DNA from: Podospora anserina
Lineage: Eukaryota
DNA: 64,000 nucleotides
Assembly (NCBI GenBank): GCA_017654855.1
Contig: CM030334.1
Span: 3,100,001-3,164,000 of the forward strand
Reading direction: 5' to 3'
Each line of letters begins with the position of its first letter. Position 1 is the stretch's first letter. Shown piece by piece: positions 49,436-61,500 of this stretch. Both the position numbers and the translations under genes were made by a program. A model generated the notes under the pieces. It had not been told where the DNA came from. It was given only the letters and a program-made list of their open reading frames with translations, and did not search any database.

Positions 49436-50767
49436 TCAAAGCAATCTCGGGACTGTCAAGGCCAGAGAGGAGAAAACACAGTGAGACCATCGTAAAAGGT
49501 TGGCGTGTCCCCGCAGTCTGATAAACAACGGGCTTGGAGGTTGAGGCTGGCTTTGGGTGTTGTGATGGAAAGAAATGCGGTCAAGGTGCTGGGGGAGCGG
49601 CTCGATATACTGGACAATGAATCTTTGCAGAAATCTGCCGGGGTAGGAGTCGTCACCTCCCCCGACGGAAAGACAAGTGTTGGTTCGGGTTGGGGGTGGG
49701 AACCAGCTGTAAGTTGAAGGGAGTTGAAAGTGAAACTTGACACGGTTGAGCCAAGTCTCCTGGTGCTCGTCTCATGGCTTGGTATCGGATGATAGACTTG
49801 GGATCTGCCTGGCCGTGGGTGAGATACACAGGCGATGTTTCAGGCGAGTAACCTGGCTAAATGGACCAGCCTGCTGGAGCGGCGGGGAGTTGCTGGATTT
49901 GTGTGAACTCGGGGACGCTTGGATGTGAATGAAGGGGAGCTTACCTTCGCTGGCACCATCCATGGGCTCTCTTGACGACCTCAAAAATTGGTTGGCTAGC
50001 GAGCTTCTTGCGATCTTCTTGATGACGGATTGGAGACAGGTGAATTTGTCTGATTCCAGGTCGCGGTTATAGCTTGCTGGAGTGGTCCGCATTTCCGACC
50101 AGACCGCGTTCTCGTGCTGGGTTCATCGGTTCTTGCTGCTCGGCGATGGCTTGGCTGTCGTCGGTAGGGTGCCCTGAGTTGTGGTGGAGATTCCCAGAGT
50201 GCGACCCCTTTGTCAAGTCATGACGCAGCTGGGTGAAGTCAGCTTGAGCACCGGGAGCTCGCCTTGCCAATCCGGCCTCCCTCTCCGCAAACTGCCGGCT
50301 AGGTATGGGAGCAATGGCGTCTTGAGAGCCAGGCAACACCGGGTCTCTGAGGTGTAAGTTGCGGGGCTTCCGGAAGGCCCGAACAGGGCATTGAGGGCGC
50401 CGAGTAGCTCGGTCTGGCAACGGCAGACCATGTGGTTTGCTCCAACAGTGATTTTACTGAAGGCCAAGCAGCAGGCAATCTTTGAGAGCCTTGTCTTCGT
50501 CTGGAAATGCTTCTGCAGTTGCAAAGCAGTCTGTCCAGTCCAGAACTCGGGAGACCCGTCCAGCTCATCAGTCCTATCCACCCGGTCTTGGTGAGGTGAC
50601 GATGGTCCAACGGGAGGGAAAGAGGTCAACCTGGGTGCCATATCCGGGGTGCCGTGTTCCGATACTGGGAGCCTGCTCTTGGTTGGAGACTGGTGGGTTA
50701 TGGGGTGGGTACCTAGGTAAACGACGGTGTCGAGAAGCTAGATGGCGTGATGGATGTTGGTGAACAT
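49436..50767 (-). pseudogene. Probable decayed gene of unknown family
   Basis: TATATATA near 50791-50798, ATG at 50767, then one frame of 444 codons with only four internal stops (50740 TAG; 50215, 50125, 49774 TGA); no domain recognised. Confidence 0.35.
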
Positions 50768-52354
50768 GGTTTATTTTGAGATGAAGTGAGTATATATACA
50801 CTCGACTGTCAGCTTTAAAGCTTGAACAGCGGTCTCGAAAGATATGAGCTCTGAGAATAAGGAGAGATATTGGGGCTCTTATAAGCGTCCAACAACTCAG
50901 TCATCTCTCTTTCCATAGATAGTCAAGTAGGTTCGCGAGGATTCACATTCTCCCCAGTCGGAAGCTTGTTACGATCTCATGAGACAGATGACTGGTACAT
51001 AATCTTCATTCTACTCAACAGCTATCTCATCTACTTTTCATCATTAAAGTGTGAGTGTTCATGACATAACCCCCTTGACTGCAAGTGGTCAGTCGGTAGG
51101 TGAGAGAGATATCCCTATGACTCCCACCAGTAAGTACTATGCCCACAATCCAGTCAACACCAACAAAAACAACCACAACCGCACCTATCACACAAACATA
51201 AGATTCCCAACCTGAAGCTCATCATCTGACCCATGTGTACCTGCAAGACTCGCTCTCGCTACCTCCATCCTCTCTTTTTCGGTCCTTTTCACGCGTGACT
51301 CGCATACGCCAAAGCAGCCGAGGCTGGTCAACCCAAAATCTTCTTTCTATGAAAAGCGGACTTTCCTTGTTTACTTTCTTTTTCGCGACGTTCCTTTGCT
51401 GTTCCGTGATTCTTCTAGCACTGTCTCGGTACCCAACTTAGATAACCTTGTCGGCTTTTGAGACCGATGTTCCCAGCGCTTCTCCCGCAGTAGTCTCCCC
51501 CTCGCTACCTTACTTACCATAAAACAGCCTGTAATACACACGAGCCCTTATAGTACAGGCAGGTCTTTTACTAACTCCATAAAGGTAGGTCACATCAGTT
51601 GTATGTTCCGCATGTTGTCAGTGTCACTACATACTGTCCAACCTACCTTGCAAAAAAAAAAAAAAAAAAAAAAGATTGTACAACTGACCTTGTCCTTGTC
51701 CCTGTGCTTGTCTACCAGCATTTTACAACCTGGAACGTTCACATGCCACGTGATACAGATCGCGCCTACCACATCGGCTCAGCTTAGACGTCGCAAACCT
51801 TACATAGGTATGTTGGTTTATGTAAAGCACTTCTTAAATATCCCAATCCGGCAACCCCCAATATATCTGACACAAATCCACCCTACTTTCTCACCCACCA
51901 CACCAACCAGCAAAACCAAGTCTGGGGTCCGGGGTCTGGGGTATTCTCCCCTTTCTTCATTATCTTCCGCACCATCCTCATCAGCAAGCCCTGCCCAGCC
52001 GAGGCACAGTAATCCCTTGCGTGACACCTCCCATCCCCAAAAAGCATGTCAGACGGGTCAAACATTCCACTTGTGGCTTACACTTGTGGCTTTTCCTCCA
52101 CCCCTCCCCTTTCACGCACATATAGGAATGTCAGATAGGTAGAAGAAGGTAACACACATGTTTCATGTGTTCTCCCGTCCTTGACAGCAAAGTATTATCA
52201 CTGTGCATATGTAAATGCATGATGTCTTTTTACACCCTGCTTACCTGCTGCCTACCTACTACCTACCTCACCTCCGTGCCCAAATGTCATCCAAAGCATG
52301 TGGCATCAGTCTTGAATTTACAAAGCGGCCGACCACCACCCGCTCACTCACACA

Positions 52355-52356
<2 letters not shown>

Positions 52357-52386
<30 letters not shown>
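52357..52386 (+). repeat. (CA)n microsatellite
   Basis: About 15 CA units read directly. Confidence 0.9.
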
Positions 52387-52389
<3 letters not shown>

Positions 52390-55300
52390 CGGGAGCTCTT
52401 CCAAAGTAAAAATAGCCGCGCCCCTTCTTCCGTCCCACACTCCCATCCCTTACCCGCAAGCGCCGTCAACATTCCCTCCCCCCCCATCCCAATCTACCCG
52501 CGTCTATCCCCAATTCAGCCGCGATACCCATTCGACCTCAACCTCGTGTGTGTGCAGCACATCACAAGTTCCCCGGGCCCGGGTATACTGTCCACACCCG
52601 CACCCACACCCGCCACACCACACTCGTCTACCCCATCCCGTCTAAGCGAAGTGGTACATTCTCATAATCACTCTCACGTCAAGCAGCTTGGTTGAACCCA
52701 TTAATTAAAACTTGGATAGATATGGAGAAAAAACCACAATGCCGTAGACGAAAAAGGGGGGCGAAATGCACTTGCAATCTTTTGCGTCCTCGCCTATAGG
52801 AAGCGGCAACTCGCTTCCAGCAGTAACCTCTTTCACCCGCACAAACTGTCAATCTTGGAAAAAAGAAGAAAAAAAGACCATCTTAACACGGAATTGATAC
52901 CCTCCTCCCCCTGCCGAACCCACCAGCCGAAGTTGTTTGCTGGCGTCGTCATAACCGTCCAGACAAGCCAGTGACGGGCGGCTCATTCGGATCGGTTCCA
53001 TACAAGCCCCCAAAACAAACTTTGTATCCTGCCAGATCCGGAATCTCTGGCATAATCTTCATATCTGGGTCATTCGGCTCAACGGGACGAGACCAAACAA
53101 ACAAACAAGGCAATATCGCGGCTTTTGGATAAGTGTTTTGGTTGTTCGGAAGGAATAGATACTGGGCCAAGAGATGATGAGGCTTCATGCTTGGAAAAAG
53201 GAAACAAAAGCGTACCGATAAAAGCATGCTGAAGTTGAGTGCAGTGGTAGCCACCAAGGCTACAGCCACAGCTGCGGCTGCTGCACTGGAGGACGAGTGC
53301 GTCGATCAAGCACATATATACGCCCTCCCCCCAAAAAGACAACTGACAAGGACAAGGCCTCGACGGCAAGACCCAGGATCCAAATACCGTGCCGCGTCCA
53401 GGTGTGGTCCAAAAGAAACATGGGCATGGCCACCATACCATGCCGTTCATGCCTGCCTGCCGACGACGAGACAAGTCCACGTTGTCAAAGGGAAAAAACA
53501 AATCCCACGTGCAGGCCGCGTATGGCCGGACCGGACCAGCTCCGAATGGCTGGATGATATTACTAGGTCGGTAAGTAAGATCTGGTCGATCCTGGCTGGC
53601 CGCCATCAAACGGCCGCCGACTGGCCGATGTTCATCCGCCGATAGGGTAGACCCATCATCTTTTCAGGCGTGTGTAGAAACACTCCCCATTATCAGATGC
53701 ATGTCGTATCATAGCATGAACTGACAGGTGAGAAAATGCAACCCCCAAGCTTTGACACCCGGCTGCGCGCTTATTGCCTGCGCCTGTTGATCCCGTCCTT
53801 ATACAACAACGCCTGCCGACTTCGAGCTGAGGTTGACGGGCTGCGAACGCTCAGACGTTTGTGCCAGAAATAAAGACATCCTTCAGCGCTTCTGAGGCAT
53901 TGACTTGATTTCCGCCGCGAAGGGAAAAAATAAAAAATAAATAAAAAGAGTTGACAGGCAGAGCTAGCTTGCAGGGTTGCATTGGTGATTTTGCCGCAGG
54001 CGACTGTGCAAAACAGACGGCTGGATATCCGTATAGCTTCCAGCGTTGCATCCTGCTTGTTCAAGGCAACGGAAAATGCCGCCTCGCCTGTGCGCCGAAC
54101 TGCCAAAATGGAGCCGAGGGAGACGTACGTGTCGTGTACGTAGAAGTGGGCAGAACAGTGGGGGAGAGGAAGGGAGGAAGGAAGGAAGAAAAAAAGGCCG
54201 CCGTTGGAGGAAGAAAAGGATTCTTGGTTAGGTGTGGTTAGATATCGCGAGTTCGGTTCAAGAGCCGCAGGGAGGCATCGCAGAAAGACGCTAGGCAGCA
54301 CCCGGCAGACAGTTCGTGATAGTGTAGGTGTTCGCCCGACATGCGTGAACTCTTGGGGCTACACTACCCTCCGGAAGGGCAGAACGGGCCGGGTGGCCGT
54401 CCCGGGTTCGGGTCCGAGCCAGAACCATAAGCGCCGTGTGGGGCTGATCATCCACACCGTTGCAACTCCAGTGCAAAGTCAACGGCGGTAACGACGACAC
54501 CTCTTGGTTGCGGACGCCGCCGCCGCATTGTCCGTGCCAAAAGCTGCCGGTAACGACGGGCCTCCGGGAGGAAGAGTGTGAGTGAACCCATTCCGTGCAA
54601 AGATTGCCGAGCGCGGTTGGCAGTTCGGTTGGCAATTGGCAGATTGATTGATGAGTCGTCGCTTGCATGTTGGGCTTCCCTTCGGCGCTTGTCCGCGCAA
54701 AAAAATAAAGGACAGGTTTGTGTGTGCTTACAGACGCGGGGAAGCAGACGCAGGCGAGGGAGGAGTCGGACGGAATGTGGGTGGTGGTGGAAAGAAAAGA
54801 AGGTTTCCCCTCCCCCCCCCCAACAATCGCACCCCTCCCCAGGTCCCCCCCCCATCCCTGGCCCGTGGGCGTTAAACCGCTTTCGGTTTACCCCAGTCTG
54901 CCGCCCAACGGCCCTGGTCCTTGTCCGGACAGGGGTGCTAATGCGCAGCCCTATATTAAGTAACGTCATCCCCTTCAGAGTGCGTCTCGACTCGACATGT
55001 GTGACACTATTTGCGAGGTGCTCTCCTCCACTGTCAGTTCTTGATATGTGCTGTGTGGGAGGAGAAAAGGCCGGGCAAATCAGAAAATGTCCGGCTTCCA
55101 CATCCAGAAGAAGACAGCCCCTTCATCTGCCTCGGCACTTGTCTGCGCATTGGCCTTGTTTTCTCCTCGGCGCTGCTTTCTTCTTTTGATACCTCGTCTG
55201 CCGTGATACCAGGAATAGGTAGGGCCTCGTAGTCTGTGTATGATCGATCAGCAGCAAGCGCCGTCAACACCGATGTGGCATACCCGGCCATGGTTATGCA

Positions 55301-56818
55301 GGTGCTCTGACCTCGGACGAGATGAGGCTCCTCCAGAACGATGGTGTGAAGAGTGAAGATGTCCGTCGAGTGCCATGGTGGCGTTGGTCAAAGGACCTGA
55401 CAAGCGCTTGGAAGATGCGGCAGAGGGTTCTCACCTAAACCCGATGCATCGCTAGCCCTCCCGGGATCCCATGGCTTGGCCCGTGGTTGCAGATTCAGAT
55501 ACGACGAACAGGGCAACGACGTGTTTGAGGAGGAGGGGTTCGCTGGCCGAATCAGGTCATTTTCTTCCTTCTTATTCACTATGCACATGTGATTGTCCAG
55601 GTCCCCAAAAGTTCAAAACTGCCATTATGTAAGTGATAGGGGCTGCTTCCTCACCCTGACAATTACCTTGGTGCCGCTAGGAATCCTGGTTTTCGTTGAG
55701 GGCACGATCTGGACTCTGACCCCGGCAGAGAGGGTGCCGATGCATCTACAATGTGACGGCAGCCGCTGTGAAGCAACCCACATGACGTCGAGATATCGAG
55801 AAGACTGCATTGGAGGCGCTGTAGAGTGATGAAAGGTCCGGCAGTGGCAGCAGCAGCAGCAGCAGCAACAACCGCAGCATCGAGTTCATCTGTTCTTTCG
55901 AGAAACTTGATGTCAACAAGTGAACAGGACTCGACAGCGTCTACGGACGACGATCCATGTCCTGTCCCGCCAGTCTGGCGGGTTCGGGAAGCCGAGCCTC
56001 AGTTAAACGAACCTGGCACTCCAGCCACACCATGCCCCACCTACCCAACTTGGGAAGTGTCATCACCGTTGCTCCCCCCGAGAAAAGCAAAGAGAAAAGA
56101 TGGCAGCAAAAAGAAGAAAAAGCAAAACATGTCCCAGAAGCTGGCCCCCTGTTTTAAACGTTGTAAGAGTCTTGGTATTTTTCCCTGCTCCCTGCTTCTG
56201 GCTCCCTCTGCCTCTGTTTTGATAAAAACCCAAGGTGAATACGTGCGTACAAATACACAGCAAAAAAGTACAAAAAAAAGACGCTGTTTGTTAATAATAC
56301 AGTACAAGTTGTCAATATACAATGCCAAAAAAAAAAAGTGCAGAGAATGGAAAAATGCAACGAAGGGGTAATGGAACGAAGCAAAAGCACGGAAAAGCAA
56401 AAAAAAAAAAAAGAAAAAAAAAGCCCCAAAACCAACCAAAAGCAACAAGAATATGCCTCGCTCCGAGTGGCTCCAAAACAGTCAAACCTCCGGGCTCCGG
56501 GATCCTCGACCCTTTTCCAAGTATTTTCTCTGGAAAGATTGTTTGTGTTTGGCTGAAAGAATTGTTGCGCACCGCAATGTGCGTTGTTGCGTGGAGAATC
56601 GACCGTGTCAGAATGAATCGACAGGGGCTCGATGTTTGGGATCTCCCAAGGAATGTTCGCGAGCGAGGACCCCTGGCTCGCATCCATCCCCCGCCGTCCC
56701 ACCCATCGTGGGTCTGTCCGCAAAGGGAAAGGGGCGGGGGGGAGCCGGCGGAAGGGTTACCAAACCACAACGAGTTTGGGGCGAGTCGGGGATGCTGAAA
56801 CATCGCTGAAATTAAGGT

Positions 56819-56966
56819 TCAATCGTTATCTCCTGGTCGCGTGGTTGACGATCCTGGAACTCCACCACCGCGCAATTTTTCTTCCAACGTCCGCTCGCTC
56901 TCGCCATATGCCTGCTGCTGCTGGTATATCGTTTGATGAGGCGTCTGCTGGTGGTGGTGGTGATGA

Positions 56967-56998
<32 letters not shown>

Positions 56999-58505
56999 TT
57001 GCTGCCCGAATTGTCGTGGTTCCGAGGAGACGGCAAATTGGTGCGTCGGAGGCTGGGGGGACTGTGGAGTGTCCGAGAGCAGGGACGAAACCGAGTGTGC
57101 TCCGGTCCGCATGGGAGCTGGTTGTGGAGGTGGTGCACGATGCAGCTGCTGCCCTTGCTGAGCCTGGGACGAGCTGGAAGGTTCACTCTCGCGAGCCGAG
57201 CTCGCCCCAGACGTGTGCATCGGCGACATTTCTCGCCCCGGCCCAGAGCTCTCTCCACGAAGGCCCCGCCCTCCGGCCCGGTATGATCCCAGGTCACTCC
57301 GTTGCCGCGAGTGGCCTCTTCTTCGCCCTGGTGGTGGGTTGGAGAGCGCTGCGCTGTGTTGAAACGGTGGTGAGCGAAGCCGTTGTGCCGTCGATGGTGG
57401 AGGAATGGGAGGCTGTGGCCCTGCTGCTTTTCGTTTTCGCGGTGATTCCCCTACTGCGTAAACGAGCTAGTTAGCCCGCGCGAGACCCTTACGAGCGAGA
57501 TTTTGATTTGGACGAACCTGAGGGCGTGCCGGGTTGATCCGTGCCACTCCGTGTCCCTCCCGCCTGAGTGGTGGGAGGCTGCCAGTGGTGGAAATAAATC
57601 GACGGCGACGGCTGGGCGTCCTGGTGCTGCGAGTGAGCAATTCCGGGATGTGAAGCTGTTGCTGGCCCGCCGCCCGGCCCGCCCGGCAGGTTCGTATTGA
57701 GATTCGGAAGATTGGATGGTGGCCGACCGGGCATGCTCTGTCCCCGAGGCCTCGTGGGAGACCCTGGATAGCCTGCCATGTACGAGCTGGTTGGCCCCTG
57801 TGCCGATCCCGGCGTGGACGGCACTCCCCCAGAGGTTGGATATTGGCCGTATCCCTGTGCTTGCGAGTCTCTTCTTTGGTGTTCTGAGGCAATGGCCCCT
57901 GATGGCATCAATGCTGGCGGATGTTGCTGCTGGTGCGGTGGCAGGAATTGCTGTGCCAGTTCCCATGCCTGTGGCGAAAGCGCTCCTCCGCCCATGCCGG
58001 CGAACACCACCGGTACTAGCGGAGGGGGAATTCCTCCGTGCAGTGATGTCCTCAGAATTTCGTGCTCCATTTTCCTCTGCTCCAAGCGGAAACTCTCCTG
58101 TCGTGTCTTCTCCTCTTCTTGCTTTCTCTTGTCCTCTTCTGCCTTCGCTTTCAACCAGTACTGCATTGACTCCTCATTACCATGCCACGATGGCGGTAGC
58201 GGAAGCTGCGTGTAGGACTGGTTTTGCTGCGGTGGCGGCGGGGGAGGCCCCGACACTGGTGGTTGGGAAAGTCCGGATCCTGGAGGTGGCTGAACTGGAG
58301 GCAAGGCCGCCGGCGGTGGCAAGCCACGGTGAGGTGCCGACATGGGCTGATGCAACGGACTGCTGTCTCGCGGGTTAGTGAGCGTGGACTTGTAGCTCGA
58401 ATCCTTATATATCAAGGGGGGAGAAGGTCGTGATGTGCTCGGCGGGGTGGGTAGATCATGGACGGGCCCGTAGCCGTACTGCACAGGCTTAGTGATGGTG
58501 AGCAT
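56819..58505 (-). CDS. Pro/Gln-rich fungal protein, putative nuclear regulator; exons 58505-57518, 57450-56819; about 539 aa
   Basis: DLPTPPSTSRPSPP; coiled coil WLKAKAEEDKRKQEEEKTRQESFRLEQRKMEHEIL; SIYFHHWQPP. Intron GTTCGT..GCTAAC..CAGTAG yields NLS-like SPRKRK, then RRRGHSRQRSD and a polyQ/H tail. Confidence 0.8.
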
Positions 58506-61500
58506 CCTTCATGTGAGGAGTCAATGTGATGGTGGGAAGGGAGGAGAATGCCCAACACGTGGAGCGGGACACAAGAAAGAAGAAAGGGTAGGGCAGGTGC
58601 AGCAGGTAGCGGAAGATATGTCGAAGGAGGGAGGGGAGCTTTTGAAGAGACCAATGAGCAGGGGGGAGGAACACTAAGACGTGGAAATAACCTTTTCAGG
58701 AAGAAGCTGGATGTGGCGGCCAGCCAAGTAACGGTAGCAGAGAAGGTAGTAGGCGGGGCGTGGAGTGATGAAACGTCGAAAGTACAGATGCCCACCCTCA
58801 TTTGACCACCTGGTGCCGCATAGAAAATATAAGTACTTGCTAAGGTAGGAAAGGGCAAAGACGGCTGATGCTGGTAAGTTCAGGGCAGGAAAGCAACTAC
58901 ACACACTCGAGGCGGAGCTAGAGCGAGCGAGGCGAGGGTCACCCTTGCTCCGTGCCTCTTTGCCCCGTCCCGATCTCCCTCCCCGTCCAAGTGAGCAAGA
59001 AGCCGCCGCGCTTGTGGCTCTTTTGGTGGGCAGTTGGATGTGCCGAGCCTGTCAGGCAGTGGTGTTCGTGTGTGTATATGGTAAGAGAAGCCAAGTAGGA
59101 AACTCTGCTCGGTGAAGTGCTGAGAAAAACAAGGACGGCAAGCGGGACAGAAGGAGAGGGAGGGATAACACAAGAATTTGTAAACTGTCGACAGTTTACT
59201 GTTTAGGCAAGCAGCCGAGCGGGAAACAATGTGGAGCAAGCGGGCGTGCCCTGAGCTATTTCATTTAGAAGCAGCGCGTATCAGAACAGATTGACAGCAG
59301 GGTACTCTGGAAACCGAGCATCAAAGTGGTCCCCGAAAGACTCGAGACAGGCAAGCTGTTGAGGAAACAGAGAGCAAAACGCTCAGGGCCAGTCGATGGC
59401 GATCAGAACGAGGTGGCCCACGGCAAGGAGTCTTGGTCGGAGATGCTGCTGCATAGCATAACATGGCCGTGAGTACCGGGACAGCCAAGATAATTCCAGG
59501 AATCTGGGGAGGGGGCCATTGGGTCTGTGGCCTTCTTCCTGGCATCAATCCTGTCTTGAAGGTCCTGACACCAGGAAACTGTTGTGCGTTGCTGGGCTGC
59601 TGGCCGGGTGGAATGCCCCAAAGGGAGATGGTGCCTGGCCCTGTCAGTGCAGTAGTGCCCACACCACCGGAATCCGTGAGTGACTGACAAGGCTGGCGCT
59701 TTGCAGTTGAAGGGGGGCACTGTTTTTAGCATATCAGATGTGCTGAAGCCCTGGCAAGTATCTTGTTACAGAAAGGGCCTGGAGTGAATTTGGACCGTGT
59801 GGGTGAGGACGAGTACACAGGGACCAGAGCCCGGGGGGGGGGTGGTGTGTTTGGATTGACGCCAAAGCAGATCCTCAACCAGAACCAGATGGCGAATTGC
59901 CCGGATAGGCGAATCAGAACCCTGCAGGAGGGGGGTGTGGATAACGATTCCCGGCACCAGGTGCTGGGCGAGCAAGGGTCTTGCGAGCACACAACACCCC
60001 GTCATAAACTCCCCTGCGACTCCCGCTACCCATCCCCCACCATCTGACGTTGGCTTTTCTGTCGTGATGCTTCTGCTGGCTGGGCCTGGCTGCTCATCGT
60101 CATGGATGTCGAGGTTGTGAGCTGCCTAAATCGGATGAATATGCTGACGAACAAGGCCTGTGCCAGGATAGGATGGATCCGGACTCTTGAATAAACCGCC
60201 TACACTACGCAGGACTGGAACGGGCAGCAACCCGGAAAACAGTTTGTACAGTTTCAACAGCCAGCCAAGCCCGGAAGCTCGATGTAACTGATTGGGACAC
60301 ATCTGGTGCTCGGTCAGGGAGGTATCTGACAGCCGAAGCAGGACCGTTGGGTCCGGGTGCAGCTTGGTTGCCCTGGAAGAGATGGCTGATGCCACTGCCA
60401 GGCGAGCGAGTTAACCGCGCAGGGTGGGTAGGGCAGTTGGCTGTGCTGCAGGTTAGAAGAATAGGTCAATAATACACGGACACACTATACTGATCCTGCG
60501 CGGGGCATAAACTGCAGAATGCCGTGTAGATGTTTGGCGGTCCGATCTCAGCCAGCCTGGCCTGGAGGTCCCAAAAAACGCATGACTGGCTCGGACCAGT
60601 AACCAGTAAGACGGCGTAGATCGTTGAATGATGAGATCCGGGTTTGGGCGGTGTTGGATTCGTTTTCGTTGCTGACTTGTGTGTCTGTGTGTCTGTGTGT
60701 CTGCGTCTTGTGCGGATAGAGATGCGGCCGGCACGATGCGAAGGCTACTGTGATATTCAACGTCGACCTGGAGTGACTCAGGAGACGATGCTGCAGCTTC
60801 GGTGTCCCAGTGATCGGAAAAGAAACCCTTAAAGCATGAAGACGCTTTGACAGCGCGTGTAATGCACTCAGACTTTTGGGGGCTCAACCCCCCCAAGGAA
60901 GGATGGTGGGGGAAACAGTCGATCTCGCGCTTGCAGCCGCTACAGGTACCATGGCATGCAACTCTCGACGGGTGCTCGTGCAGGCCGGACGTGACGGCAC
61001 AACCTGGAGGACCTGGGAAAAGAGGACCGCGTGGGGAGACAGAAACGACTTCTGCCGGAATACTAAATTTGTGCCGCGGGGTCCAAGCAGGGCAGTAGGG
61101 AAGACGGCGGCCGGGGACCGGAGAACCTATGCGGAGCTTTCAGCATTGAAACCCTACTCACATCATCTGTGGATATCTTAGGCCGGAGGGTTTGGTCTTA
61201 AGAGCGGAGGGATTGGCGAAAATCCCGTGGTTCGTCTTAGGTTTTCCAAAGACAGAGAGGGAGGGTCGTATGTCCCTGGCAGGACGAGGCCGGCACTTGG
61301 GTATATTCGGACGCGTTAAGACAGCCAGCCCATTGTCCGGGCGAACAGTTGTTCGGATGTGCGTATGATGAACCAGACCTATACTATGTAGGTAGGCGGA
61401 GGTATCCGTCAGCCAAACGTGGCTGCAGTGTTCTCAAACGCGAGGTTTCGAAAACTTCAGTGAGTTGCAGCCACTCAGTTGGCTGGCAGGTGGCTCTCCA

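Noticed and set aside
54318-54425. TAGTGTAG/CTACACTA stem and B-box-like GGTTCGGGTCC suggesting a tRNA or SRP RNA
   Set aside because: No cloverleaf or SRP Alu-domain start could be built; such stems are common in GC-rich DNA.
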